This document shows positions 26,267 through 37,868 of a stretch of DNA of 64,000 nt, one piece after another. A model generated the notes under the pieces. That model had not been told where the DNA came from and searched no databases. It was given only the letters and a program-made list of their open reading frames with translations. The position numbers and the translations under genes were made by a program. Numbering within the stretch: the first letter of the stretch is position 1; the number at the start of each line of letters is the position of its first letter. This DNA comes from Camelus dromedarius. Its lineage: Eukaryota. The stretch lies in the NCBI RefSeq assembly GCF_036321535.1, contig NC_087437.1, positions 18,788,001-18,852,000 of the forward strand, written 5' to 3'.

Positions 26267-27368
26267 AGCCATTGAATATAGTTCCCTGTGCCATACAGTA
26301 GGACCTTGTTGTTTATTTATTCTGTACATAGTAGTTTGTATCTGCCAATCCCAAACTCTCAATATACCCCTCTTTCCCCCGGTAACCATAAGTTTTGTTT
26401 TCTATGTCTATGAGCCTCTTTCTGTTTTGTAAACAAGTTCATCTGTATAATTTTTTTTAGATTCTATATACAAGTGATATCATATGGTATTTTTCTTTCT
26501 CTGTCTGACTTACTTCACTTAGTATGATAATCTCTAGGTCTATTCATGTTGCTGCAAATGGCATTATTTCATTCCTCTTTATGGCTGAGTAGTATTTCAT
26601 TGTGTGTGTATATATATATATATACACATATATACATACATACATACCACAACTTCTTCATCCAGTCATCTGTCAATGGACATTTAGGTTATTTCCATGT
26701 CTTGGCTATTGTAAAAAGTGCTGCTATGAACATTGGGGTGCATGTATCTTTTCAAATTAGTTTCCTCCAAATATAAGCCCAGAAGGATTGCTGGATCATA
26801 TGGTAACTCTATTTTCAGTTTTTTAGGAGACCTCCAGACTGTTCTCCATAGTGTCTACACCAATTTACATTTCCACCAACAGTGCGGGGGGGAGGTTCCC
26901 TTTTCCTCCACAGCCTCTCCAGCATTTATTATTTATAGACTTTTTGATGATAGCCATTCTGACTAGTGGGAAGTGATACCTCACTGTAGTTTTGATTTGC
27001 ATTTTTTGAACAATTAGTGATGCTGAACATCTTTTCATGTGCCTGTTGGCCATCTGCTTATCTTCTTTGGAAAAATGTCTATTTAAATTTTCTGCCCAGT
27101 TTTTGATTGGGTGGTTTGTTTTTTGAAACTGATCTGTGTAGGCTGTCAGTATATTTTGGAAATTAATCCCTTGGTAGTTGCATAGTTTGCAAATGTTTTT
27201 TCCCATTCCATAGGTTGTCTTTTTGTTTTGTTTATGGTTTCCTTTGCTGTGCAAAAGCTTTTAAGTTTAATTAGGTCTCATTTGTTTATTTTTGTTTTTA
27301 TTTCCATTACCCTAGAAAACAGATCCAAAAACATATTGCTGGGATTTATGTCAAAGAGTGTTCTGCCT
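26267..27368 (-). mobile_element. Younger L1 (ORF2 C-terminus and 3'UTR) nested in the older L1; 3' terminus missing
   Basis: ORF 26865..27254(-) contains [31 protein letters not shown]...KCWRGCG (L1 ORF2 C-terminal region); no poly(T) at the left edge. Confidence 0.92.
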
Positions 27369-27810
27369 ATTATTGTCCACCTTTTGATTAGAGCCATTCT
27401 AGTGATATGAAGTGGTATCACATTATGGTTTTGTTTTGCATTTCACTAATGACTAATAATGCTGAGCAACTGTTCATGTGCTTATTAGCCATTTGTATAT
27501 CTTATTTGTATATCTTCCTTGGTAGAATGTTTATTCAAACCAGTTTCTTTGCCAATTTTAAAATTGGATTATTTGAATTTTTATTATTGATTTGTACATG
27601 TTCTTTATATACATTCCTTATCACATATATGCTTTGCTAATATTTTCTCATTGGCCACCTATTTGAATGTTAGGCTGAGTTTTCTTATAAATGTTCAGAA
27701 GAAAGTCAGTCAGTATTAGTTTATAACCATATTAAAAACAATTTATAAGAATTCAGTACCACTGACAAATGGTTGCTTGAAACCTACCTTTTATAGAAAA
27801 TATAGTAACA

Positions 27811-27933
27811 TTTTTTTGTAATATGGTCAGTTTCGTTGTGCCAATTTCTGGTGTATAGCATAATGTTTTGGTCATACATATATTCATTTTCATACTCTTT
27901 TTCATTGTAGGTTACCACAAGATTCTGAATATG
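27811..27933 (-). mobile_element. Short L1 3'-end fragment
   Basis: ttttttt...gtgccaatttctggtgtatagcat...tattcatttttcatactctttttcattgtaggttaccacaag. Confidence 0.7.
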
Positions 27934-28423
27934 TACAGTAACTTAAGATAGTATGAGAACGTGAAGTTACAGATTACTTCATATGCTGTCAATGCTAACT
28001 AATGCTAGTATTTGCTACTAGGATAAGCAAAGAACATCCTTGATATTCAAAATTCTGATAGCCAATTTAGCAAATCACACAAAATCAAAAATGCAATCTT
28101 CTAATTTCCTTGTATTTAAAAATACATATATAAAGTAAAATAGCTTCCCATAGTACTTCATGTGTGAAGTTAGAAAGTAACGCATTTTAGAAACTATTAT
28201 ACTGGCTATGGGAGAAGGAATAAACAATACAAGAAAAGGAAAAAACAGAAGTCTGGCATACAGGCTTTCTGTGATCTACTGCTTCCTAACTATCTTCTGA
28301 AACTCCCTCCCACTTTACATTACAGCCGGCAGTTATTTAAGCACCTATACCTAAGCCCTGGTGCCACCTCCCGCAGGAATATTTCCTTGCCCACCTCTCT
28401 CCTGTGGACCAATTTAGAAATTT

Positions 28424-28653
28424 TTTTTAACAGTTTTTATTGATTTATAATCATTTTACAATGTTGTGTCAAATTCCAGTGTAGAGCACAATTTTTCAGT
28501 TATACATGAACATATATACATTCGTTGTCACATTTTTTTCTGTGTGAGCTACCATAAGATCTTGTGTATATTTCCCTGTGCTATACAGTATAATCTTGTT
28601 TATCTATTCTACAATTTTGAAATCCCATCTATCCCTTCCCACCCTCTGCCCCC
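28424..28653 (-). mobile_element. Lineage-specific L1 3'-end insertion
   Basis: T tail, L1 3'UTR (ttccctgtgctatacagta); TSD tagaaattt at 28415-28423 and 28654-28662. Confidence 0.85.
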
Positions 28654-28668
28654 TAGAAATTTCTATTT

Positions 28669-29177
28669 CAGTGGTTTTCAAGCTTTTTGGTTTCAGCTTC
28701 CCTTCTCATTCTTAAAAATTATTGAGTACTCAAAAGCTCTTGTCTATATAGGTTATATCTATCAATATTTGCTGATTTTGAAATTAAAACCAAGAATTTA
28801 AAAATTTATTTCATGTAAAAAACAATAAACCTATTAAATATTTACTTAAAAACATTTTAAACATATTTTAGTTTTACAAACCATGTTTTTCAAAACAAAA
28901 CCTTTAGTGAGAAGAGTGATACAATTTTATATTTCTGTGAATCTCTTTAATGTCTTGATTAATAGAAAACAACAAGAGTCTCATCTCTGCTTTGCACTCA
29001 ATCTACTGCAATATCACAAGTTATATTGCCTCTGGAAAACTCCATCATACATACATAAGCAAATGGAGGGGGAGCAAATAATGTCTTATGTTACGAAAAT
29101 AGTTTTGACCTTGTAGATCTCTAAGAAAGAGCTCAGGGACCTCCAAGGGTTCCCAAATCATACTTTGAGAACCTCTG
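28669..29177. mobile_element. hAT-Charlie non-autonomous DNA transposon (MER119-like)
   Basis: TIRs cagtggttttcaa / ttgagaacctctg; internal ttaaaaattattgag and gtgagaagagtg motifs. Confidence 0.7.
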
Positions 29178-30765
29178 CTCCATTCTGTGCCTCCCACAAT
29201 ACTCTGAATAGGCTCTATCATTTGCACTTACCACATGGTATCAAAATTATCTGTTCATTTGTCTGTCTCTCTTAAACTTCCTTCAAGCCATGAGTCTTCT
29301 TCAACTTTGCGTCCCCTGTGCCTCACACAGCATATAGCATATATCCTCTCAATAAACATTCCATGAAGCAATGGTAAATACAGGAAAATATTCACACACT
29401 CTAATATATAAAGGTATATAGGAATGAAGCAGATTTTCCCATAGCCAACTCTTTAACAGAAGTGTATTAAAGAAAAATCTAATGATAAATTGACAGCAAT
29501 GCCAAAAGTAGAATAAAGGATACATTCAGACGTGGCATAATCATACTAGATTAGAACTTTTCAAAGTTCAGCCCTAAGGGAACAAGGAAAGAACATCCTA
29601 AAAGCCATCTTAAACTGTAAACAAACACCCACTGCTCCAGCCTTCTGACTAAATAAAAGTATCACTTTTGCAACAAGACAATTAAACCACCGTTTTTTAA
29701 AAAATAGAGCGGGAGGAGTGGTGTTAAGGTAGGGAGAGTGCCAGTGACGAATGACTAAGGATTACACAGGTATTCCCAGCTAATGAATTTCTTGAAATTT
29801 TGTCAACCAAATTACAATATAAAAAAATATATCTTCCTATCTTAATTTGCATGCCTCCTTACACTGCTATGAATGAACATCACCCTCCAAATCCAGTTAA
29901 ACAACAACATCATAACATTATTGAAGACAGGATTTGTCTCTCTCACTTAAACATAGACCAGTACCTCAGTGCTCAACCAGTATCTCTAGGTTTGTGCATT
30001 AATTGGATATCTGAAGTACTTGTGCCAGGGAAAATACAAATAAGGCCTGAGATGGGGTTAGGGTGGGATGTCACACTAACCAAGACAATGAGAAAAGCTC
30101 TTGGAACAATCCTCACGTGTGAAGGGTTAAGTTCAATGCAGAGCTAAAAGAGCCTGTGGCCCTAAGGGAGACACCCTAGAGTAGATGGCCTCCTTCTCTA
30201 GGTCACCATTGTCAACTGCAAAATAAGATCTAAAACACACAGGCTCTCTGCCACACTTCTCAGGAAGTCTCTGCAGCCTTCGTGTCTAGGAAAGTCCCAA
30301 CCTCTTGGAAGAACAAATCTGACATTCCAAAGGTCTGAATTCTGACCAGAATCAGTTCACTAGTACTCCACATCATACTAGCAAACCATTCAATAACTAT
30401 TAGTTCACTTACGACAAACAGGTTAAGATTGTTACCACATTTTCTAGGTAAGCAAATAGGAACAGAAGTAACCTGACAAATTACTTGACCTCTTAAGGAG
30501 AAAAAGCCATGTGAATATTTTAGAAAACAACAGTCATTAAAATAATTTCCTAGTTCCTATTATGTTTTATAAAAGCAGATCATTTAAACTTTTAGTAGTT
30601 AAAATTGCAACATATTTTTCATTGGCACCACAACCTGTAAACACAGCTCCATACAAAGACATTCACTTTGGCATAACTTCAGAACAAGGCTCAAAGAACC
30701 ATAATAATGGCATGGTTTAGAAAACAGGCTTTTCTTGTGCGGGGGAGAGAAACTATTACCCATGA

Positions 30766-31202
30766 TGTCGACTGAAAAAAGATGCACCACCTAAAGGTTG
30801 TGAATTGTTTTATTTGGTGGATTTTCTGAGGACTTTAAGACGGGAAGAAAGCCTCTCAGATAGTTCTGAAGGGCAGCTGCTCCTAAGAGGTAAAGGAGGA
30901 GCCTGCATATATACAAGAGTTTTTGCAAGACCAGGTTCTCAGAACATTGAAAGATTACCATTAAATAAAAAACCAGGTATCCCAAGTTAATGAATTTGGC
31001 ACTTTTCTATGTATGGAAAGATATAAGAGTCTGGGCTCATTAAAATCATTCCTTTGCTATGCACCTTAGCCATCTACGGCCAGTATCCTGTTCTTTCCCA
31101 TCCTGAGTCCTCTCAGAGTACAACCTTGGGGGTGGCTGCAGTGGCTTGATGGCTGTAACATCCTTCATTCACAGATACGGTAGGCAACAGTTTTCATTCA
31201 CA
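30766..31202 (-). mobile_element. Solo ERV1 LTR, MER41-like
   Basis: TG...CA termini; 4-bp flanks atga/atta; minus-strand TATATA (30913-30908) and AATAAA (30814-30809); MER41-type block aagagtctgggctcattaaaatcattcctttgctatgcacc. Confidence 0.8.
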
Positions 31203-31423
31203 ATTATGTTCACTAAATTTCACTATATTCTCATTTTTATTTATTTTTGTTACCTATTCAAAAGCTTTATATGGCCTTTAAACTAGGTGGATACAACAAT
31301 GTTTATTATTTTCATTTGATATGCTCACCAACTGTTAAGAATGTCTATAAAATATGCTAAAATATGGTCATTAAATGCAAGTTACACAATTCCTTAAGAA
31401 TTCTTAATTTCTCCAATTTCTTT

Positions 31424-31564
31424 TCTGTTTGTATGTTTTTTGAGGGGGGAGGGGCTAACTAGGTTTGTTTGTTTGTTTGTTTGTTTAATGGAGGTACTGG
31501 GGATTGAACCCAGGACTTTGTGCATGCTAGGCATGCAGTCTACGACTGAGCTATACGCTGCCCC
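31424..31564 (-). mobile_element. Vic-1-type SINE
   Basis: gaggtactggggattgaacccagg...gcatgctaggcatgc...ctgagctatac; flanking repeat caatttcttt. Confidence 0.92.
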
Positions 31565-32859
31565 TGCAATTTCTTTCCTAGCATACTTTGAGCATCAGCC
31601 TTTAGAAAACTCAGTAAGTATTAAAATCAGCATTAGGAAGTCCTCTTCCCATTTCAAAAGGATTCTTCCCCTTACAAAAAGAATCAGGATTTCCTTAATT
31701 AGATCAGCAGGGCAACAGTTTCTATAAAGACTAAGAGATAGGTATGTTAACACACAATAATAAACACATCAGTGGTTTGTTTATAAAATCTAGAATGATT
31801 TTTCAGACTTGAACCATCACTGTTACATACATTTAGCCACATGATAACTATACATGCTCAGCAGAAAGGAGTCCCAGGAATGACTGAGTTGACACATTAC
31901 ATTAAGCAGAGGTACATTAAGAGGGGGGATAAAATAACAAAACAGCAACGTGCAGAAAAATGTTAAGCATATGCTATCTTTTTGTAAAAAAAAAAAAAAA
32001 GGAAGGGGGCTATATAAATACATACATACTTAGGAAAAGTGCATTTGTAATCATTGGTTGCTTCAGAGAATGCAAACTAGGTGGCTAGGAGACAGGTAGA
32101 AAGGAGACTTTTCACTGTATGTTCTGTTTCCTTTTGAATTTTGAATCACAGGAGTGTACTACTTGTTCAAAAAACAAGTTTAAAAACCTAAACCCAGTAT
32201 CTGGAGGCACCTAATTCCTGTACTTACCTCACCTGCTAGCATTTTCAATCCCCTTCTACCAAGCGGATCTTTTACCTCTGAATTCAAAAACACACACCTC
32301 ACTTGTCCCTCCTTTCTTTCCTCCCAACCTTTTTTTCTTTTCCTTATCAGCCAAGATTATCTCCATTTGTCTCTCCCCACTAGCTCCCTTACTGCCTACA
32401 ATCCAGGGTTTCCCCCAATTAAGAAAGTTTTATTGCCAAGTCCTTCAAGACTGGCTTCCAGGATGTCTTCCCTCAGTAGTCCAGCTCACAGTGACCTTGG
32501 GCTACTCATAATTTTAGGGATTTTAAAAACACAATTAAACCTAACACTATATGTTGTTTCATAATGTTGATTATTTTATTGTATATGTCTTGTACCCTCA
32601 ATCAAAGTAAAAGCTGGGAAAAGATGGATTTATTTTCTCCATGTGACACATGATATTTCAATTCTGACATCATTAGAACTTTCTATTCACCCTTAAAAAA
32701 ATTCTAAAATTTCATTTCACCATTTCTTTTTCTAACTATGAAACTTATGACTGGTATGTATGTCCCATCCAAGAAATTAAAGGGAGAAAAACAGCCAAAA
32801 CATATTACCTATTCAAACAGTAAAAATCTCTCACTTAAAAAAAGCCCAAAAAGCTATTT

Positions 32860-34300
32860 CTGATGTAAAATGCAAAACTATGAAAACTCTAGGAGAAACT
32901 CTAGGTGAGCTTGGGTTTGACTATGAGTTTTCTAGACAACATCAAAAGCACAGTCCATGGGGGAGAAAAATGGTAAGTTGGACTGTATTAAAACTAAAAA
33001 CTTCTGTGAAAGACACTTAAGAAAACCAAAAGCCAGGTTTCTTACCACTGCAGTGGGACAGTTAAGCAACAAGAGGCTACAACAGTTTAGAGTTGAAAAC
33101 ATCAGTAGAAACTCATGTTTAGTTTAACACAGAGATGGTTAAAAATAGAAATATTTATAGAAATTGTATACTCACAGTTTACTTATATTCACATATTTCC
33201 TTGCTCTGTCAGCCAAGAAGGCCTAGCAGCAATGACACCCTACTAGTAATAAGCACATTTTAATGCCCAGATCTTAGTTTCTAAATACCATCCTCCAGGA
33301 AAAGGAACCAGGGCCCCTTGGAGAAATGACTGATCCTAGGAGTAGGGTAGGAAATAAACAAGATAAACCCCAAACATCTTGTGGTATGAGAAAGTAAGAA
33401 AGTGCTAAAGCAACAACAGCAACAACACCACCACCACCAGGTATGTCAAAAGGACACAGGAGCCAACTGAAAAACCTCCCAGTGGCCAAAGCTGGAACAT
33501 TTTGAACAACAAAATAAAGAAAGTAGTATTGGATTATAACCTATAGTATAAAATACATTACCAGAAGTCCATACTGATATAAATGACTAAATAAACAAAT
33601 AAATGGGGGGTGGGGTGGCATAAAGCCCATACAGAAGAATTTCAAGTAATTTATGTAGACACTACCCCATCAAAGAAATAAAGCACAACTTCCCTCTCCT
33701 TAAGTGTGGGCTGCACATAGTGCCTTCCATTCAAAGAGTAGAACATGAAAGGGGGCAGAAAATAGTAACTTTACAATGGCAAAACCCGACAACCACCCAG
33801 CCAGCTGATCACAGTCAACATCAACAATGGTAAGTCATGTTGATAGTATATGATAAAAAATGGCACTTTTATCTCTGTGGTCTTCCTCCCAAAAATCCAT
33901 AACTCCACTCTAATCATGTTTTTTAAAAAAATAATCAGAGAAATCCAAATGAAGGACGCTGTGCAAAAATATATGACCAGTATTCCTCACAACTCTCAAG
34001 GCCTTCAAAAATAAAGTATGTCTAAGAAACTGTTACAGCTAATAGGCCTTTTAAGGAAATATAAGTAACTAAATGCAATGTGGTACCCTGGATGGAATCC
34101 AAGAACAGAAACAAGACATTAGGTAAAAATTAAAGAAATCTGAATAAAATATGGGCTTTAGTTAATAACAATTTATCAATATGGGTTCATTAAATGTAAC
34201 AAATATACTACAGTCATGTTAACAGGAAAAACTAGGTATAGAATATATGGGAACTCTGGACTACCTTGTAATTTTTCTGTAAATCTAACACTGTTCTAAA
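32860..34300 (+). mobile_element. L1MC-like 3' region
   Basis: Long L1MC-type 3'UTR motifs (ccttaagtgtgggctgcacatagtg; taaatgcaatgtggtaccctggatgg; gggaactctggactacc...aaatctaa). Confidence 0.8.
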
Positions 34301-34311
34301 AAAATTTTTTT

Positions 34312-34405
34312 TGAGAGTTATGTTTTATTTGGCAGACATTTCCAAGGACTCAAATCCCCTTGAGCAGGGATGACAGCCTCCCAGATTGCTCCTAGGGGCA
34401 GCTCC
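34312..34405 (-). mobile_element. Retroposed, polyadenylated R-region fragment of a MER41-like LTR
   Basis: Similar to 30800-30883; ends AATAAA-11 nt-A run on the minus strand; exact 16-bp TSD ctaaaaaaattttttt (34296-34311 / 34406-34421). Confidence 0.75.
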
Positions 34406-34903
34406 CTAAAAAAATTTTTTTAAACTACCTCTGCCTTCAGATTCTCAAACATGCTCATCATTTTGCAATCCAAAATCAAATCTTAGCTTCTCCAGAATTA
34501 CCCCTTACTTCAAAATTTTTCTCCTAAAATTTACACTTTTGGGAGGGTCTAAATTTATTATCCTTTTCTATACAATTTAACCTTTGCCTTTCAAAGCTTG
34601 CTCTTACATTATATATTTATATAAGATATATATATATATACACACACATACACATGAAAGAATTGCTTTTCCTACTTGTTAACTGGAGGAAGTAGAAGTC
34701 AGCTTTGCCTTTTTACTGGCCATTAAAAGTTTATCACCATTTAGAAACCATAATAACTGATTTAGGCACACACACACACACACAAGCCCTCAAGGGATGC
34801 TAAAATTGGTAAAAGTTGGATGAGTAACAGGATCTTTACTTAGATTCAAAGTATCCTCCCACAAAAATACTTAAAACGACAAAAGCAAAAATTAATGACT
34901 TTA

Positions 34904-36413
34904 GTCTAGACACAGCCACCAGAGGTCCAGAACCAAGCTTCACCAAGCAGTGGGCAGGCACTGGCTCCTCCTGCCAGGAAACCTGCATAAGCTTCCAGTC
35001 CAGCTCATTCACCAGGGGCAGATACTAGAAATAAGAAAACAATAATCCCAAAAGCCTGTGGAAGGAATCACAAACACATAGAAAGATAGACGGTATGAGG
35101 TAGCAAAGGAGTATCTCCCAGGCCAAGGCACAAGATAAAATCCCAGAAGAAGAAATAAGTGATGAGGAGATAGGTAATTTATCTGAGAAAGAGTTTAGTA
35201 ATGATAGCCAAGATGTTCAGAGAACTCAAGAGGAGTAAAGATTCACAGAGCCAAGTCTTTAGCAAAGAGTTGGAAAATATACAAAATACCCAGAGATGAA
35301 GAATAAAATCACTGAAATGAACAATACACTAGAAGGAACCAAGAGTAGACTAAATGAGGCAGAAGAATAGATCAGTGAGCTAAAAGACAGATTAGTGGAA
35401 ATCACTACTTCAGAACAGAAAAAAGAAAACAGAATAAAAAGGAATGAGGATAGTTGAAGAGAACTCTGGAACAACATGAAGCACTCTAGCATTCCTATTA
35501 CAGGGGTCCCAGAAAGAGAAAAGAGAGAGAAGGACCTGAGAAAATTTTGGGAGATGATAACCGAAAACTTCCCCAACTTGGGAAAGAAAACAGTCCCCCA
35601 AGTCCTGGAAGTGCAGCGAGTATCACAGAATCAACCCAAAGAGGAATACACCAAGGCAAATAGTCAAAACCACAATTAAGGATAAGGAGAAAATATTAAA
35701 ATTAGCAAGAGAAAAGCAACAAATAGCATACAAGGGAACTCCCATAAGGTTATCAGCTGATTTTTCAGCAGAAACTCTACAGGCCAGAAGGGAGTGGCAG
35801 GATATACTTAAAGTGATACAAGGGAGAAACTTACAACCAAGAATACTCTACCCAGCAAGGCTCTCATTCAGACTTTATGGAGAAATCAAAAGCTTCACAG
35901 ATAAACAAAAGCTAAAAGATTTCAGCACCACCAAACCAGCTTTACAACAAATGTTAAAGGACCTTCTCTAGTCATCAAACCATAAGAAAAGAGAACAAAA
36001 AGAAGAAAGAGAAAAAAAAGAGACCTACAGAAGATTGTTTTGGCTATTCAAGGTCTTTTTGTAGTTCCTTATAAATTTTGGAATTGTTTATTCTAGTTCT
36101 GTGAGGAATGTCGTGAGTATTTTGATGGGGGTTGCACTGGATCTGTGGATTGCTTTCGGTAGTGTGGCCGTTTTGATCGTGTTGATTCTTCCAATCCAAG
36201 AGCACAAATCTTTTCATTTCCTTATGTCATTTCAGTTTTCAGAGTGTACGTAACCTCCTTGGTTAAGTTTATTTCTAGGTATTTTGTTGTTTTTGATGTA
36301 ACGGGAAATATCTCTGCTGGTTATAAAATTCTGGTTTTAGAAGTGAAAAAAAAAGTGAATGAAGGGCCACAAATGGCAAAGTAGCCTTCTTTTTTTATGG
36401 GTGAGCTGTATTC

Positions 36414-36462
<49 letters not shown>

Positions 36463-36740
36463 TATATATATATATGTATATATATATATGCTGCATCTCC
36501 ATTATATATTCAACTGTTGATGTGCACTTAGGATGCTTCCATATCTTGGCAATTATAAATAATGTTGCTGTTAATAGCAGGGTGTCTGTATGTTTTTGAG
36601 TTAATTCTTATTTTGTGCTTGGCTTTATTCCTTTGATAACTATGTAAGTTTAAAAAGCTAAAGCTCTAAACATTCTTAGAAACAATGATGTAACAAACAA
36701 TATATGTAAATTTTAAAATATATATGCAGTAAAAAAAAAA
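34904..36740 (+). mobile_element. HAL1-like (ORF1-only, half-L1) retroelement: partial 5'UTR, decayed ORF1 35095-35971, 3' region containing antisense L1 fragments, first A tail 36731-36740
   Basis: ORF1 peptides (ITGVPEREKREK...EMITENFPNLGK; ataaggttatcagctgatttttcagcagaaactctacaggccagaagggagtgg); no sense ORF2 follows; antisense L1 pieces at about 36030-36310 and 36370-36600. Confidence 0.75.
36417..36489. repeat. Compound (TA)n(CA)n(TA)n microsatellite
   Basis: Visible. Confidence 0.95.
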
Positions 36741-36936
36741 GATCTATCAAGCCATGAAAGACATGAAGAAACTTAAAAGACATATTACTAAATGAAAGAA
36801 GCCAGTCTGAAAAGGCTACAAACTGTACGATTCCAACCAAATGACATTCTGGAAAAGGCACAGCTACAGAAACAATAAAAAGATCATGGTTTCTAGAGGT
36901 TTGGGGAGAGGGAGGGAGGAATGAATAGGAAAAAAA
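36741..36936 (+). mobile_element. L1MC1-like fragment plus second A tail, inside the TSDs of the HAL1-like insertion (putative 3' transduction)
   Basis: ctatcaagccatgaaagacatg...gaaagaagccagtctgaaaaggctaca...ggaatgaatagg then an A run; TSD aaaaattaatgacttta (34887-34903) / aaaaatcaatgacttta (36937-36953). Confidence 0.72.
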
Positions 36937-37868
36937 AAAAATCAATGACTTTAAATGGAGAAATCAGGTCAACATCACTTTAATCAAGAGAGCAAAGTTA
37001 AAATGACCAATAATGGAATAAACTTAGCATTCTGTGTATGCTAAGGGATATACAACATCATTTCCATGGTGCTCCTGCCAAAAATGCATAACCTGGGCCT
37101 AAACATGAAGAACAAACCCAAATTGACAGACATTCTACAACATAAACTGACCCATACTTTCCAAATATATCAGTTATTAAAGAAAAAAAAAAGAGAAATT
37201 GTTCTAGATTAAAAGAAATTAGAGAAACCTGACAAACATATTTACAATGTGATACTGGGCTGGATGGCGATAGGTTAAAGAATATAATTAATACAGCTGG
37301 AACAGTAAGAATATGGATTATAAATAATACTGTTTTATCAGTTAAATTTCCTAAATTCCATAAGCATACTATGGTTATGTAAGAGAATATCTACTGATAT
37401 GTGCAACAACTTCAATGGATCTTCAGGGAATTATCCTGAATGAAAAAAGCCCATTTCAAAGGTTACATACTGAAGGATTTCATTTACACAGCATTCTTAA
37501 AATGACAAAATCAGAGAGAAGGAGAATAGATCAGCAATTGCCAGAGGTTAGAAAGGGTGGGAGGGAGGAAGGTAGCTGAGACCACTGAAACGTATGGGAG
37601 ATTCTTGTGATTTAACTGCTTTATTTTGACTATGGTGGTAATCAAACAAATCTGTACATGTGATAAAACTGCATAAAACTAAATACACATAAATATAAGT
37701 GCATGTAAAACTGGTGAAATATGAATAAGGTGGATGGATTGTACCAAAGTCAACTTCCTGGTTTTGATTTTTTTCTATAGTTATGCAAGATGTTACCACT
37801 GGGGAAATATGAGTAAAGAGTAACCAGGATTCCTCTAAGTGTACAATTATCTCAAAAAAAAAAAAAAA
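36937..37868 (+). mobile_element. Old L1MC/L1MD 3' fragments (the first continues the element at about 34700-34903)
   Basis: ctcctgccaaaaatgcataacctg; caagatgttaccactggggaaa; A tail ending at 37868. Confidence 0.7.
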
